Below are positions 63,187 to 64,000 of a stretch of 64,000 nucleotides of DNA, one piece after another. The notes beneath the pieces are model-generated. The model was not told the DNA's origin and searched no databases. It worked only from the letters and a program-made list of their open reading frames with translations. The position numbers and the translations under genes are program-made. The first letter of the stretch is position 1. Every line of letters starts with the position of its first letter. The DNA comes from a bacterium (GTDB lineage Bacteria > Zhuqueibacterota > Zhuqueibacteria > Residuimicrobiales > Krinioviventaceae): positions 352,001 to 416,000 of the forward strand of contig CAXXFV010000008.1 in the NCBI GenBank assembly GCA_963674595.2, in the 5' to 3' direction.

Positions 63187-64000
63187 ATGTCTCGTTTTTT
63201 CAGATATTTTTTTGCGGTCATTTTGGTTTTATCCTGCGCTTCGAGTCAGCAGAAAAAAGAACACCTTCAACACGTTCTTGAAAGTTCGGTCAACTATCAC
63301 ATTGAAAAAGGTATGGCAGCGGCTGATAGTAACCGTATGGATATTGCAATGGAGCACTTGCAAAAAGCGGCTGAAATCGTTCCATACGATCCGGTGATTT
63401 ACAATAATCTCGGTGTTGCTTATTTACGTTTGGGACTTGTCGATTCTGCCATAACCGCCTACCAATCTGCCATCCGTATGCGACCTACTTATGCACATGC
63501 TTATAGCAATTTGGCGCAGGCCTATTTGATAAAAGAAGATTATTCACTGGCAATTGTATCGATTGAAACAGCGTTCAAATATGATGATCAAATTCCTGAA
63601 GCTTATATAATTTTAGCAATGATCTATGGAAAGTTGGGAGAAAACGAAAAGTCTATTTCAGCCTATGAAAAAGCGGTTGAAATTCAACCCGAAAACAAAA
63701 TGGCACGTATCAATTTGGGTGCTCTGTATTATTCAAAAGGATTAATTAATGAGTCAATTGAGCAATTTTCGGCTGCCATTGAAATTGCACCTGAAAGTAA
63801 TGTAGCTCATTTCAATCTGGGGAATGCCTATGCCCGAAAATGTCAATTAGATGATGCCATTACTCAATATACGTTTGCGCTGGACTTGAAAAATGATATG
63901 TATACGGCGCGAAACAACCGTGGTTTGGTATATATGTATCTGGAATCCTACAATGAAGCGATTCTGGATTTTAAAGCCGTTTTAAAAGACCGCCCTAACG
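63187..64000 (+). CDS. TPR-repeat lipoprotein (runs off the window)
   Basis: Not in the ORF track. MSRFFRYFFAVILVLSC lipobox, then YNNLGVAY, AYSNLAQAY, ARINLGALY and AHFNLGNAY repeats. Confidence 0.88.
   Translation, partial: MSRFFRYFFAVILVLSCASSQQKKEHLQHVLESSVNYHIEKGMAAADSNRMDIAMEHLQKAAEIVPYDPVIYNNLGVAYLRLGLVDSAITAYQSAIRMRPTYAHAYSNLAQAYLIKEDYSLAIVSIETAFKYDDQIPEAYIILAMIYGKLGENEKSISAYEKAVEIQPENKMARINLGALYYSKGLINESIEQFSAAIEIAPESNVAHFNLGNAYARKCQLDDAITQYTFALDLKNDMYTARNNRGLVYMYLESYNEAILDFKAVLKDRPN

Noticed and set aside
1-64000. CRISPR array, tRNA, rRNA, prophage or alternative genetic code
   Set aside because: No spaced repeats, cloverleafs or phage genes seen. TGA serves as a normal stop in several genes (for example dhaL, DUF47, CPBP), so the KamA TGA is not genome-wide recoding.

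Overview
Bacterial chromosomal window, moderately AT-rich, with no rRNA, tRNA or CRISPR seen. Four secreted proteins end in the 'QNYPNPFN.T.I...G..V..LV...SG.Y.Y' sorting domain, which together with the gene repertoire suggests an FCB-group organism such as KSB1 or Calditrichota (inference). In order, the window holds: the end of a glycan-modification locus (radical SAM, two GNAT/FemAB-like proteins, GT2); a sugar catabolic operon (fucose-isomerase family, ketose-3-epimerase::RpiB fusion, DhaK, DhaL); redox genes and an Mrr nuclease; GH31, PiT/DUF47, an E. coli-like topA, a URO-D family gene and an SSS symporter; a complete IS481-family element with a 7-bp target duplication; GH92; a tandem pair of LamG secreted proteins; SulP, pyk, sdaA, a sulfatase and ppk2; a run of small accessory genes; a KamA-family gene broken by frameshifts and an in-frame TGA; a roughly 2,280-aa FG-GAP/Ig adhesin; and a DPPR-synthase/DUF362/HAD operon followed by a TPR gene. 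About a dozen single-base indels in homopolymers suggest long-read errors. The best candidates for new biology are the epimerase::RpiB/DhaKL tetrose-like pathway, an orphan retron-type cold-shock-domain protein, an ICMT plus CAAX-protease gene pair, and the gammaproteobacterial-type topA. All family assignments come from motif recognition only; no searches were run.
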